From Bacteroidota bacterium (lineage in GTDB: Bacteria; Bacteroidota; Bacteroidia; UKL13-3), in the NCBI GenBank assembly GCA_040385895.1, contig JAZKGM010000184.1, positions 1 through 41,347 of the forward strand: a stretch of DNA of 41,347 nt, written 5' to 3'. Positions within the stretch are counted from its first letter, which is position 1, and every line of letters starts with the position of its first letter. Under the pieces are notes generated by a model. That model had not been told where the DNA came from. It did no database searches and saw nothing but the letters and a program-made list of their open reading frames with translations. Shown here one piece after another: positions 33,013 through 41,347 of the stretch. The position numbers and the translations under genes were made by a program.

Positions 33013-33978
33013 ATGATAATAGTTACTGGTGCTGAAGGATTTATTGGCAGTTGCCTGGTGGCCGGATTAAATGCTGCAGGCTACAACGACCTGGTTTTGG
33101 TGGATGATTTCGGCATGAAGGTTCGTGAAGACAACCTGGAGGGAAAAATATTTACGGCCAAAGTTGAGCGCAAACAGCTTGCTGCCTGGCTTGACGGGAA
33201 CCACCGGTTGGTGCAGTTTATTTTTCACATTGGTGCCCGCACCGATACCAGTGAAATGGATGAGCAGATCTTTAAAGAGCTGAACGTGGATTACAGCAAG
33301 ATGCTGTGGGCGAAATCTATTGAATATGGTTTGCCCATTGTTTATGCCTCTTCGGCAGCCACTTATGGCAATGGTGAGCATGGATATGATGATGATGAAA
33401 CAAAACTGGGATTGCTCGAACCGTTAAATCCGTATGGAAGATCCAAGAACGATTTCGACAAATGGGTGATCGCACAGGAAAGTAAACCCTATTTTTGGGC
33501 GGGGCTAAAGTTTTTCAATGTGTATGGCCCCAACGAATACCATAAAGAACGGATGGCCAGCGTGGTGTTGCATGCATTTAAGCAGATCAACGGATCGGGA
33601 GGCGTAAAACTTTTCCGTTCCCATAATCCCGGTTATGCTGATGGCGGCCAGATGCGCGACTTTGTTTATGTAAAAGACCTTGTTGATGTATGCCTGTTCC
33701 TGATGCAGCACCGCAAAAACAGCGGCATTTATAACCTGGGCAGTGGCGAAGCCCGTACTTTTAAAAGCCTGGTTGGTGCAATTTTTACTGCACTCGATAA
33801 ACCCGAAAACATCAGCTATATTGATACACCGGTTGATATCCGCGACAAGTACCAGTATTTTACAGAGGCAAACATGCAGAAGCTGGTCCGTATCGGTTAT
33901 ACAAAACCTTTTACCAGCATCGAAAGCGGGGTGAAAGATTACGTAATTAATTATTTGAAGCCCGCAAAACATATTTAA
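33013..33978 (+). CDS. hldD: ADP-L-glycero-D-manno-heptose-6-epimerase (SDR family)
   Basis: IIVTGAEGFIGS (Rossmann GxxGxxG), ASSAATYG, PLNPYGRSK (catalytic YxxxK), FNVYGPNEYHKERMASVV; the 321-aa length is typical of HldD/RfaD. Confidence 0.85.
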   Translation: MIIVTGAEGFIGSCLVAGLNAAGYNDLVLVDDFGMKVREDNLEGKIFTAKVERKQLAAWLDGNHRLVQFIFHIGARTDTSEMDEQIFKELNVDYSKMLWAKSIEYGLPIVYASSAATYGNGEHGYDDDETKLGLLEPLNPYGRSKNDFDKWVIAQESKPYFWAGLKFFNVYGPNEYHKERMASVVLHAFKQINGSGGVKLFRSHNPGYADGGQMRDFVYVKDLVDVCLFLMQHRKNSGIYNLGSGEARTFKSLVGAIFTALDKPENISYIDTPVDIRDKYQYFTEANMQKLVRIGYTKPFTSIESGVKDYVINYLKPAKHI

Positions 33979-33992
33979 CCCCTCAGCTGAAA

Positions 33993-36900
33993 TTGAAAAA
34001 AGGCGTTCGCTTATATTGGATTTTATTAGCCATTGGCTGCGCTGCAATTTTACTGTTAAGCTTTTACGAACAGAAGCAGATCCGCAGCCTCGAAAAACAG
34101 CTGGCCATAGGCTATGAGAAAACGCAGGCCATTATCCGGAATAAAGAGCTCACCTTTGTTAAAGTACTGCAGGGTGAGTTGTTAAGCGATACGATAAATT
34201 ACCAGCGCAACTGGAGCGATATTTACGAGCAGCTTCAGTCGGAAAACATAAACCTGTTTATTACGCGTGGCGATACGTTACTTTATTGGAGCACGAACAA
34301 CATTGGTTTAGCCAGCCTCGACTTTAAGAATAAACCCAACAACACGATCATAAAAGCACCCAATGGATGGTACATCGCCTATAAGCAGGTAAGGGGAAGC
34401 TATTATTATTATTTTACATACCTGGTAAAGAACCAGTACGCCTATAAAAACCAATACATACAAAATACATTCAACCGCGAGCTTGGTTTTTTGCAGGAGG
34501 GCATGATCACGGCTACAAAAGGAGTTGACAAATTTGTAGACATCAGTTCGATCTCGGGCCAGTACCTGTTTTCGTTGCAGATCTTTGCATTGAACAAAAA
34601 CGCATCAGCATGGGTTGTGGCACTGCTTATCCTTGCCATTTTTTATTGCGTGCTGTTTATTCACGTGCTGGTGCGCTATTACATCCGCAACCACGTTTGG
34701 TTCACCACGGCCATGTTCTTTATGGTGTTTATCTGGATCCGCTGGATCACCACGTTTTATAATATTCCCAATTTTATATACAACACCAGGCTGTTCAGTG
34801 CAGGGGTGTATGCCTCTTCTTCCTGGTTTCCTTCGCTGGGCGACCTGCTTATCGATTCGGCCATTATACTCTGGTATTTTATTTTGCTCGAAAACAGGAA
34901 AAGCCATTCGCGGGTGCGCAAGAACAGCAGCGGCCATATTGAAGTTGTGATCTACGGCATCCTCAGCATTTTCTCGGCCAATGCCGTATTCAGCTCTATA
35001 AAAAGCCTGGCCATTGATTCGCAGATCTCTTTCGATATCAATAACATTTCGGCCATTAATGCCTTTACCTATTTTGCCATTGCCATATGCATTATCCAAT
35101 TGCTGGTGGTGTATTTTATCAGCAGGAATTTTACACGTTCCATACAAAAATTTAAAGGGAACAAGGCGTGGCCCTGGGCAATTGCTGCAACCCTTGCGCT
35201 GGCCTACCTGCTTATTGCCAATAAGATCTTTGAGCACGACATACTCAGGTACTGGTCGGTGGTTATTTTGGCTGCGGTTTTTGTTGTATTTAAATTATTA
35301 ACGCCAAAGCTCAACCGGTTCCAGCAATATTTTATTGTTATATTCATCATATCAAGCTATAGTGCGGCCAGCATCTGGCATTGGTATAATGTGCGGGAAC
35401 AGGACAACCGGAGGCTTTTTGCAGTAAAGCAAATTTCACAAACCGATATCACCAACGATTATTTTCTGCGTGGCATTGATAAAAAGATAAAGCGCGATAA
35501 TTATATAAAAGACTATTTTGAGAACCCCATACTGATCAAGTCACAGTTTGAAAAGCGCACCAGGCAACTTTATTTTACAGGTTATTTAAGCAAGTTCGAT
35601 GTACAGGTTTTTGATTACGATACGCTGGGCTATCATTTTAAAGAAAAGAATGAGCTGAGCTTTGCCCAGGCCAATCAGCTGTATGAAATGCAAAGCATGG
35701 AATCGTTTGCCGAATCGTTTCATTACATGCAGAATGCTGGCGATATAAAAGGCTATATCGGTAAGTTCATTATCCGCAAGAACAGGCAACGCATCGGTTA
35801 TTTGTTCATCCTGCTAAAGCCAAAGCTGATTCAGAACGAAAACCGTTTTGATGAATTACTGGTGGAAGGAAACACGGCAGTGAATGCCAAACAAACCGAA
35901 TACTCGTATGCGGTTTATAAAGACAAGAACCTGGTGTACCAGAGTGGTGATTACCCCTACCGCATCATCAACACATGGGGCGAGAACAATAAAGAGTTCC
36001 GTTTTTTTAAGGAGAACGATTTCAGCCACCTCATTTATACAGACAGGCAACCGTTAACCATCATTGTGAGTAAGCCGGCAAACAGCATAAGCCAGGCGGT
36101 GGGTTTGTTTTCCTTCATTTTTACCTGTTGCACCGTTGTGCTCATTTCTGTGCTCACCATTTATATTATTCTCAATTCGCAATTGCTGAGGCATTGGCCC
36201 ATAACAGACAACCCGGCCACCAGGTGGGTAAGGAGCAGCCTTTTAAAGCTGATGATGATTGAAGACAACCAGATCATCCTGATCCGCACAAGGATCCAGA
36301 CGTCTATTGTTTTTATTGTGTTCACCACGCTTATTTTCAGTTCTTATTTCACCATAAAATTCACCACCGATAAATATAATACCCGGCAAACCGACCGGCT
36401 GATGAAGAAGCTGCGCAATATTGTGATCAGCATAGAAAATGAGCGGATAACAACCAACACGCGCAATTTACCGGAAGGTGAAGTAGAGGCCTTTATTAAC
36501 CAGATCGCTGATTTTTATGATACCGATATTACGTTGTATGATACCAAAGGGAAAGTGATTTCATCGAGCATCAGCAAATTATATGATGAAGGGATCGCAG
36601 GGACACAAATGCATCCCCAGGCTTATTTCCATTTAACCCAGTTGCGCGAATCGCAGTACAGCCAGAACGAACAGATCGGTAACCTTACTTTCCAGGCAGC
36701 ATATTCCCCTGTATTTAACCCGAAAAGTGAAGTGGTGGGTTATCTGCAACTGCCTTATTTAAGCAGGCAGGTAGACTTGTTGAGCGAGATCTCATCGGTT
36801 GTAATTGGTTTCGTGAACCTGTACGTGCTGTTGTTCATCATCATTGTGATCCTTGCGTATTACGTGTCGCGAAATATTTCGTACCCGCTCACTTTGATCC

Positions 36901-37721
36901 AGCAGCGTTTATCCAAAACGAAACTGGGCAATCGCAACGAACCTATTTTATGGCAGCGCGATGATGAGATCGGGGAGCTGGTGAAGCAATACAACAGCAT
37001 GATCGACCAGCTGGAGGAAAGTGCACAAAAGCTTGCTGAAACAGAACGCCAGGGCGCTTGGCGTGAAATTGCGCGGCAGATCGCCCATGAAATTAAGAAC
37101 CCGCTCACCCCGATGAAACTGAGTGTTCAGCACCTGCAAAGGGCATGGGCCAATAAGGATGCGAATATTGAAGACAAGCTGAAAAGAACGACAAACCTGC
37201 TCATCAGCCAGATCGATATCTTATCGGAGCTGGCCAACGAGTTTTCATCGTTTGCAAAAATGCCGGCACCGCTTTACGAGACCATTGATGTATACAAAGT
37301 GCTTTCGCAACTTAAAGACCTTTATGACCAGGGGAATGAACACCATATTATCCTTGACTGCCCTAAAGAACTATATATTTCTTTTGATGCAGGATATTTT
37401 AACCGGGCGGTTTCGAACATTGTAAAAAATGCCTTGCAGGCTATGCCCGAGGATGAGATTGGCGAAATTAAGATCACGGTTTTTGACCACAATGAAACCA
37501 TGCGCCTTTACGTTAAGGATAACGGCACCGGCATGACCGAAGAACAGGCGGATAAGATCTTTGTACCTTATTTCAGCACTAAGATTTCGGGAATGGGATT
37601 GGGGCTGCCCATTGTGAAAAACATGATCGAGAGCGGAGGGGGATCGATCAGCTTTACCACCAGGGTTGGAGAAGGAACCGAATTTTGCATTATTTTACCC
37701 AAACAACAAAGCACAACATGA
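33993..37721 (+). CDS. Large multi-TM sensor histidine kinase (NtrY-like HAMP-HisKA-HATPase C-terminus)
   Basis: H-box AWREIARQIAHEIKNPLTPMKLSVQHLQRAW. The N box is VKNALQAM, the G1 box is DNGTGM and the G2 box is GMGLGLPIVK. It has more than 10 hydrophobic helices in two clusters. The ORF opens with TTG at 33993, 15 nt after the hldD stop. No response regulator is adjacent. Confidence 0.88.
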   Translation: MKKGVRLYWILLAIGCAAILLLSFYEQKQIRSLEKQLAIGYEKTQAIIRNKELTFVKVLQGELLSDTINYQRNWSDIYEQLQSENINLFITRGDTLLYWSTNNIGLASLDFKNKPNNTIIKAPNGWYIAYKQVRGSYYYYFTYLVKNQYAYKNQYIQNTFNRELGFLQEGMITATKGVDKFVDISSISGQYLFSLQIFALNKNASAWVVALLILAIFYCVLFIHVLVRYYIRNHVWFTTAMFFMVFIWIRWITTFYNIPNFIYNTRLFSAGVYASSSWFPSLGDLLIDSAIILWYFILLENRKSHSRVRKNSSGHIEVVIYGILSIFSANAVFSSIKSLAIDSQISFDINNISAINAFTYFAIAICIIQLLVVYFISRNFTRSIQKFKGNKAWPWAIAATLALAYLLIANKIFEHDILRYWSVVILAAVFVVFKLLTPKLNRFQQYFIVIFIISSYSAASIWHWYNVREQDNRRLFAVKQISQTDITNDYFLRGIDKKIKRDNYIKDYFENPILIKSQFEKRTRQLYFTGYLSKFDVQVFDYDTLGYHFKEKNELSFAQANQLYEMQSMESFAESFHYMQNAGDIKGYIGKFIIRKNRQRIGYLFILLKPKLIQNENRFDELLVEGNTAVNAKQTEYSYAVYKDKNLVYQSGDYPYRIINTWGENNKEFRFFKENDFSHLIYTDRQPLTIIVSKPANSISQAVGLFSFIFTCCTVVLISVLTIYIILNSQLLRHWPITDNPATRWVRSSLLKLMMIEDNQIILIRTRIQTSIVFIVFTTLIFSSYFTIKFTTDKYNTRQTDRLMKKLRNIVISIENERITTNTRNLPEGEVEAFINQIADFYDTDITLYDTKGKVISSSISKLYDEGIAGTQMHPQAYFHLTQLRESQYSQNEQIGNLTFQAAYSPVFNPKSEVVGYLQLPYLSRQVDLLSEISSVVIGFVNLYVLLFIIIVILAYYVSRNISYPLTLIQQRLSKTKLGNRNEPILWQRDDEIGELVKQYNSMIDQLEESAQKLAETERQGAWREIARQIAHEIKNPLTPMKLSVQHLQRAWANKDANIEDKLKRTTNLLISQIDILSELANEFSSFAKMPAPLYETIDVYKVLSQLKDLYDQGNEHHIILDCPKELYISFDAGYFNRAVSNIVKNALQAMPEDEIGEIKITVFDHNETMRLYVKDNGTGMTEEQADKIFVPYFSTKISGMGLGLPIVKNMIESGGGSISFTTRVGEGTEFCIILPKQQSTT

Positions 37722-40700
37722 TGAAGCATGCAGTAATGCCGGTGCTTGTGTTGCTGTGTGTGTGTGCAGTAAAGGCACAGGTTCCGGGAAGTTACCGCAG
37801 CCGCACTGTGATTTTTACAGGCGATAGTTTACTGCTCGATACCATGGTGATTGCCAGGGGAAGCTTGTTGCTTTATGATGGCGACAGCTTACTGAAAGAA
37901 AAGCAGGATTACTCCGTTGATTATTATTCGGGTTACCTCAAACCCATTGCGGTTGCAAAAGACAAACCCCTTGTTGTGTCCTACAAAACGGTTAACCTCG
38001 ATTTAAAAAAACCGTTAAGCCATAAGCCCAGGAGCCTGCAGTTCCCGGCCCTTAACTCAAACCGGTACGATTACGGGTATACCCCGTCAACAGGCTCATC
38101 ATTGAATATATTCAGTGAAGATGGTTTAAAGCTGAATGGCTCCATCTCACGGGGCCTGGGTTTTGGAAATAACCAGGATATTGTGCTTAATTCAAACCTT
38201 AACCTGCAAATGAGCGGAAGGTTGAACAATGACATTGATGTGATTGCTGCCATCAGTGACGAGAATAACCCGATCCAGCCGGAAGGGAACACCCAGCAGC
38301 TGCAGGATTTCGATCGTGTGTTTATCCAGCTGAGCAAGAACAAGACCACGTTAACTGTTGGCGATTTTGAAATGGTGCGGCCTGAAGGAAGTTATTTCAT
38401 GAACTATTACAAAAAATCGCGTGGGGGGCAGATCAGTACCGCATTTAAGCTTGGGGAAAAAGCATTGATGAAAGTGGGTGGCGAAGGCGCTTTAAGCCGT
38501 GGACGTTTTGCGCGCAACACCATCAACGGGTTGGAAGGCAACCAGGGACCCTATCGTTTATCGGGTACGAACGGGGAGCTGTTCATCATCATTGTTTCGG
38601 GTACAGAGGCTGTTTACTTAGACGGGCAAAAGCTTACGCGTGGCGAGCAGAATGATTATATCATTGATTACAACAGTGGCGAGATCTCCTTTACGGCCCG
38701 CAGGCCCATTACGCAGTACAGCCGTATTGTGGTCGAGTTCCAGTTTGCCGACAGGAACTACGCCCGTTCTGTTTTTCATGTAAACACGGGTTATGAAACA
38801 GCAAAGTATAAGCTCAGGTTTAATTACTTTACCGAGCAGGATAATAAGAACCAGCCTTTTCTTCAAACCTTAACCGATACCAGTAAACGTATTTTAGCTT
38901 CGGTGGGCGATAACCTGAATAATGCGGTGATGCCAAGCGAAGTGCGCAGCAGTTTTGATCCGAAAAAGATCCTGTACCGCAAAACCGATACGATAGGTTT
39001 TACCAATATTTATGTATTTGCACCCACACAAGGCAGCGACAGTGTTTTTTATGAAGTGAGGTTTAGTCTGGTAGGTGCCGGCCGTGGTAGTTACCGGCAA
39101 AGCATAAGCAATGCAAACGGGCGGGTGTTCGAATGGGTTGCGCCTGTGGGAGGCGTTCTGCAAGGTGATTATGAACCGGTGATCTTACTGGTGAGTCCTA
39201 AACGTAACCAGATGCTTACCGTTGGAAGCGAGATTACGGTTATAAAAAATATGGTTATTAATGTAGAAGTGGCAAACAGCTTTAACGATAAAAATACCTT
39301 TTCCGACCTTGATAAGAATAATGATGCAGGTTATGGCATAAAAGCATCTGTGGTAAATAACTCGCCCCTGGGTTCGGCTTCCACCGAAAAAAAATGGGGG
39401 CTTAAAACAGAACTTAATTATGAATACGTGGATCAGAATTTCAGGTACGTGGAGCGTTACCGCAATGTGGAGTTCGACCGCACCTGGAACCGTTTGTTAA
39501 CCAACCAGGCAGCAACAACTGATACGGGTTATGAAGAGCATATTTCTTCATTCAGAACAACTTTAAGCAAAAACGGGGTCGGGGGGATTTATTACCAGGC
39601 CGGGCTGTACAACCGCAACAAAGCATTTAACGGGATGCAAAACCTTGCCGGGGCCCATGTTTCAATAGGCAAGTATAATGCCTCGGCCGAAGGCGAATAC
39701 CTGAATACAAAGAACCGGGTTGCCGGTACATTAAACAATGAAGTGAGCCGTTACCGGGCCGAGTTGAGCCGTACGGTTTTTAACCTGCTTGCCGGTGTAA
39801 AGGGAGAAAGCGAACAAAGTATTTACAACCGGGCAACGGATACACTTTTAGCCGGGAGTTACCGCTACGATCAGTTTGGGGCATTTGTAAAAAATACGGA
39901 CTCCACCACGCTGAAGTACAGGCTTGAGTATAATCACCGCACCGATTACCTGCCCCGGAGTTCGGAGTTTAACCAGGCAACCGTGGGGCAGATATTTACG
40001 GCCGCAACAGAGGCGATCCAGAAAAACGGCAACCGCCTTTCGGCCAGTTTTACGTACCGGGAGTTTCAAATAAAAGACACGAATGTAATTTCTGTTCAGC
40101 CCGAAAATACCATCCTTGCCCGCATCGAATATGATTACAGTTTTATAAAAAAAGTATTTACTGCAAACACCTATTACCAGGTTGGTTCTGGGCAGGAGTT
40201 GAGAAGAGATTTCCAGTATGTAAAAGTATTGGTGGGGCAGGGGCAATATGTTTGGAAAGATTTTAACAGGGATGGTTCGGAGCAGCTTGATGAGTTTGTG
40301 CTTGCAGGAATTGCCGATAAACCGCAGGCGGATTACATCCGTGTTTTTTTACCAACCAACTCGTTCATCAGTACCAATTTAAACCAGTTCAACCAAACGC
40401 TCAACATAAACCCGGCCATGGTTTGGAACGGAAAAAAAGGGGTGCGAAAAGTAGTGGGCAAGTTCAGTAATCAAACGGCATTTAAAACAGACCGGAAAAC
40501 AAGAGAGCTCGACACGCGTAATTTTTTAAACCCGTTCTTCCTGAATGTGAATGACACATCACTTATTTCATTGCAATCGCTTTTCAGGAACACCTTATTT
40601 TTTAACCGCAGCAATGCTACTTTCGGAGCGGATATAAGCTACCAGAACCAACGCGGCAAAACATTTTTAACCAACGGGTTTGAAGCGCGCAACCGCACGG

Positions 40701-41218
40701 AGCAAACGCTGAACATCAGGTGGAACCTGAGCAGGGCATGGACCATTACCAACGCGCTTACTACAGGGCAACGTGAATATACTTCCGATTTTTTCAGTGC
40801 AAATAATTTCAATTACGGTTTTTATGAAATTAAGCCGAGGTTGATCTACCAGCTCAATGCCAGCCTGCGGATCACCGCCATTATCAGCTATTTTGAAGGG
40901 AACAACAAGGCCGAACTGGGCAATCAAACATCAACCAACCGGGAGCTGGGCAGTGAGTTACGCTATAATTTAACAAAGCAGGGAGTAATAGGCGGTAAGT
41001 TCAGCTATTATGAAGTTTCGTTTAATGGCGATGCCCAAAGCACGCTTGGATATGATATGTTGCAGGGGCTTGTGGTGGGAAGAAACAATTTATGGAACAT
41101 TAACTTCCAGCAAAGGCTGGGAAGCAATTTACAGATCACCATAAACTATGATGGCCGCAGTGCCGAAGGCCAGAAAACCGTTCACATAGGAAGAATGGAA
41201 GCCAGGTACCTGTTCTGA
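37718..41218 (+). CDS. Large (~1166 aa) outer-membrane beta-barrel-type protein of unknown function
   Basis: Signal peptide MMKHAVMPVLVLLCVCAVKAQ. The sequence is rich in alternating Y/N/T/G beta-strand patterns throughout and ends in an aromatic residue (...GRMEARYLF), typical of OMP barrels. ATG 37718 overlaps the kinase stop codon (ATGATGA). Confidence 0.75.
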   Translation: MMKHAVMPVLVLLCVCAVKAQVPGSYRSRTVIFTGDSLLLDTMVIARGSLLLYDGDSLLKEKQDYSVDYYSGYLKPIAVAKDKPLVVSYKTVNLDLKKPLSHKPRSLQFPALNSNRYDYGYTPSTGSSLNIFSEDGLKLNGSISRGLGFGNNQDIVLNSNLNLQMSGRLNNDIDVIAAISDENNPIQPEGNTQQLQDFDRVFIQLSKNKTTLTVGDFEMVRPEGSYFMNYYKKSRGGQISTAFKLGEKALMKVGGEGALSRGRFARNTINGLEGNQGPYRLSGTNGELFIIIVSGTEAVYLDGQKLTRGEQNDYIIDYNSGEISFTARRPITQYSRIVVEFQFADRNYARSVFHVNTGYETAKYKLRFNYFTEQDNKNQPFLQTLTDTSKRILASVGDNLNNAVMPSEVRSSFDPKKILYRKTDTIGFTNIYVFAPTQGSDSVFYEVRFSLVGAGRGSYRQSISNANGRVFEWVAPVGGVLQGDYEPVILLVSPKRNQMLTVGSEITVIKNMVINVEVANSFNDKNTFSDLDKNNDAGYGIKASVVNNSPLGSASTEKKWGLKTELNYEYVDQNFRYVERYRNVEFDRTWNRLLTNQAATTDTGYEEHISSFRTTLSKNGVGGIYYQAGLYNRNKAFNGMQNLAGAHVSIGKYNASAEGEYLNTKNRVAGTLNNEVSRYRAELSRTVFNLLAGVKGESEQSIYNRATDTLLAGSYRYDQFGAFVKNTDSTTLKYRLEYNHRTDYLPRSSEFNQATVGQIFTAATEAIQKNGNRLSASFTYREFQIKDTNVISVQPENTILARIEYDYSFIKKVFTANTYYQVGSGQELRRDFQYVKVLVGQGQYVWKDFNRDGSEQLDEFVLAGIADKPQADYIRVFLPTNSFISTNLNQFNQTLNINPAMVWNGKKGVRKVVGKFSNQTAFKTDRKTRELDTRNFLNPFFLNVNDTSLISLQSLFRNTLFFNRSNATFGADISYQNQRGKTFLTNGFEARNRTEQTLNIRWNLSRAWTITNALTTGQREYTSDFFSANNFNYGFYEIKPRLIYQLNASLRITAIISYFEGNNKAELGNQTSTNRELGSELRYNLTKQGVIGGKFSYYEVSFNGDAQSTLGYDMLQGLVVGRNNLWNINFQQRLGSNLQITINYDGRSAEGQKTVHIGRMEARYLF

Positions 41219-41347
41219 TCAGGCTTAAGCGTTGCAACATGAATGCGTAATTATTTGTCAATGGGTGAAAATTAATCAAAGGATTAAGCATACATTGACA
41301 TGTTGAACTTATTGTTTTATTTTAGCCCGATTTGTATGAATGATATA

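Noticed and set aside
33505-35237. 180-aa (33505-34047) and 210-aa (34605-35237) minus-strand ORFs
   Set aside because: They are antisense to hldD and to the histidine kinase respectively, both of which carry diagnostic motifs. Neither ORF shows independent signals.
1-41347. CRISPR arrays, IS/transposase genes, reverse transcriptases (retron/DGR), toxin-antitoxin pairs, rRNA
   Set aside because: No periodic direct repeats, no transposase, RT or nuclease-type ORFs, and no rRNA-like sequence were seen on either strand. The only mobile-element trace is the integrase remnant at 338-1000.

Overview
This 41.3-kb window looks like chromosomal DNA from a Bacteroidota genome, probably Sphingobacteriia or Chitinophagia-like. 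Three things support that: two proteins end in type IX secretion (T9SS) C-terminal sorting domains, several genes sit about 20-35 nt downstream of the Bacteroidetes TAnnTTTG -7 promoter motif, and many products are lipoproteins or DUF4199/DUF4331-type proteins.

Gene order:
- tRNA-Leu(CAA), followed by a frameshifted and truncated tyrosine-integrase remnant.
- An AT-rich orphan zinc-ribbon gene, then VOC/PhnB-like and RibD_C/DHFR-like genes.
- Two tandem paralogous lipoproteins.
- A DUF4199 gene plus a membrane-anchored LuxR regulator.
- A DEAD-box (DbpA-like) helicase.
- A complete tripartite RND efflux operon (adaptor, pump, outer-membrane factor).
- A 1240-aa beta-helix T9SS cargo protein.
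- Two DUF4331 paralogs, a TPR lipoprotein, a 69-aa His/Met-rich lipoprotein and a TonB-dependent transporter.
- An orphan 711-aa protein with a canonical EF-hand loop and C-terminal TM segments.
- ogt, a pentapeptide-repeat protein, fabD, a lipoprotein, queD, hldD, a 1242-aa multi-TM NtrY-like histidine kinase, and a translationally coupled ~1170-aa outer-membrane protein.

I saw no CRISPR array, transposase, reverse transcriptase or recognised defence gene.

The best candidate for an undescribed system is the DUF4331 / TPR / His-rich lipoprotein / TonB-receptor module at 19.3-27.1 kb. I interpret it, by inference only, as a protein-based metal (Cu/Ni/Zn) scavenging and import system. The EF-hand membrane protein is the second candidate. 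All calls come from reading the translated ORFs and the DNA by eye; no database search was run.
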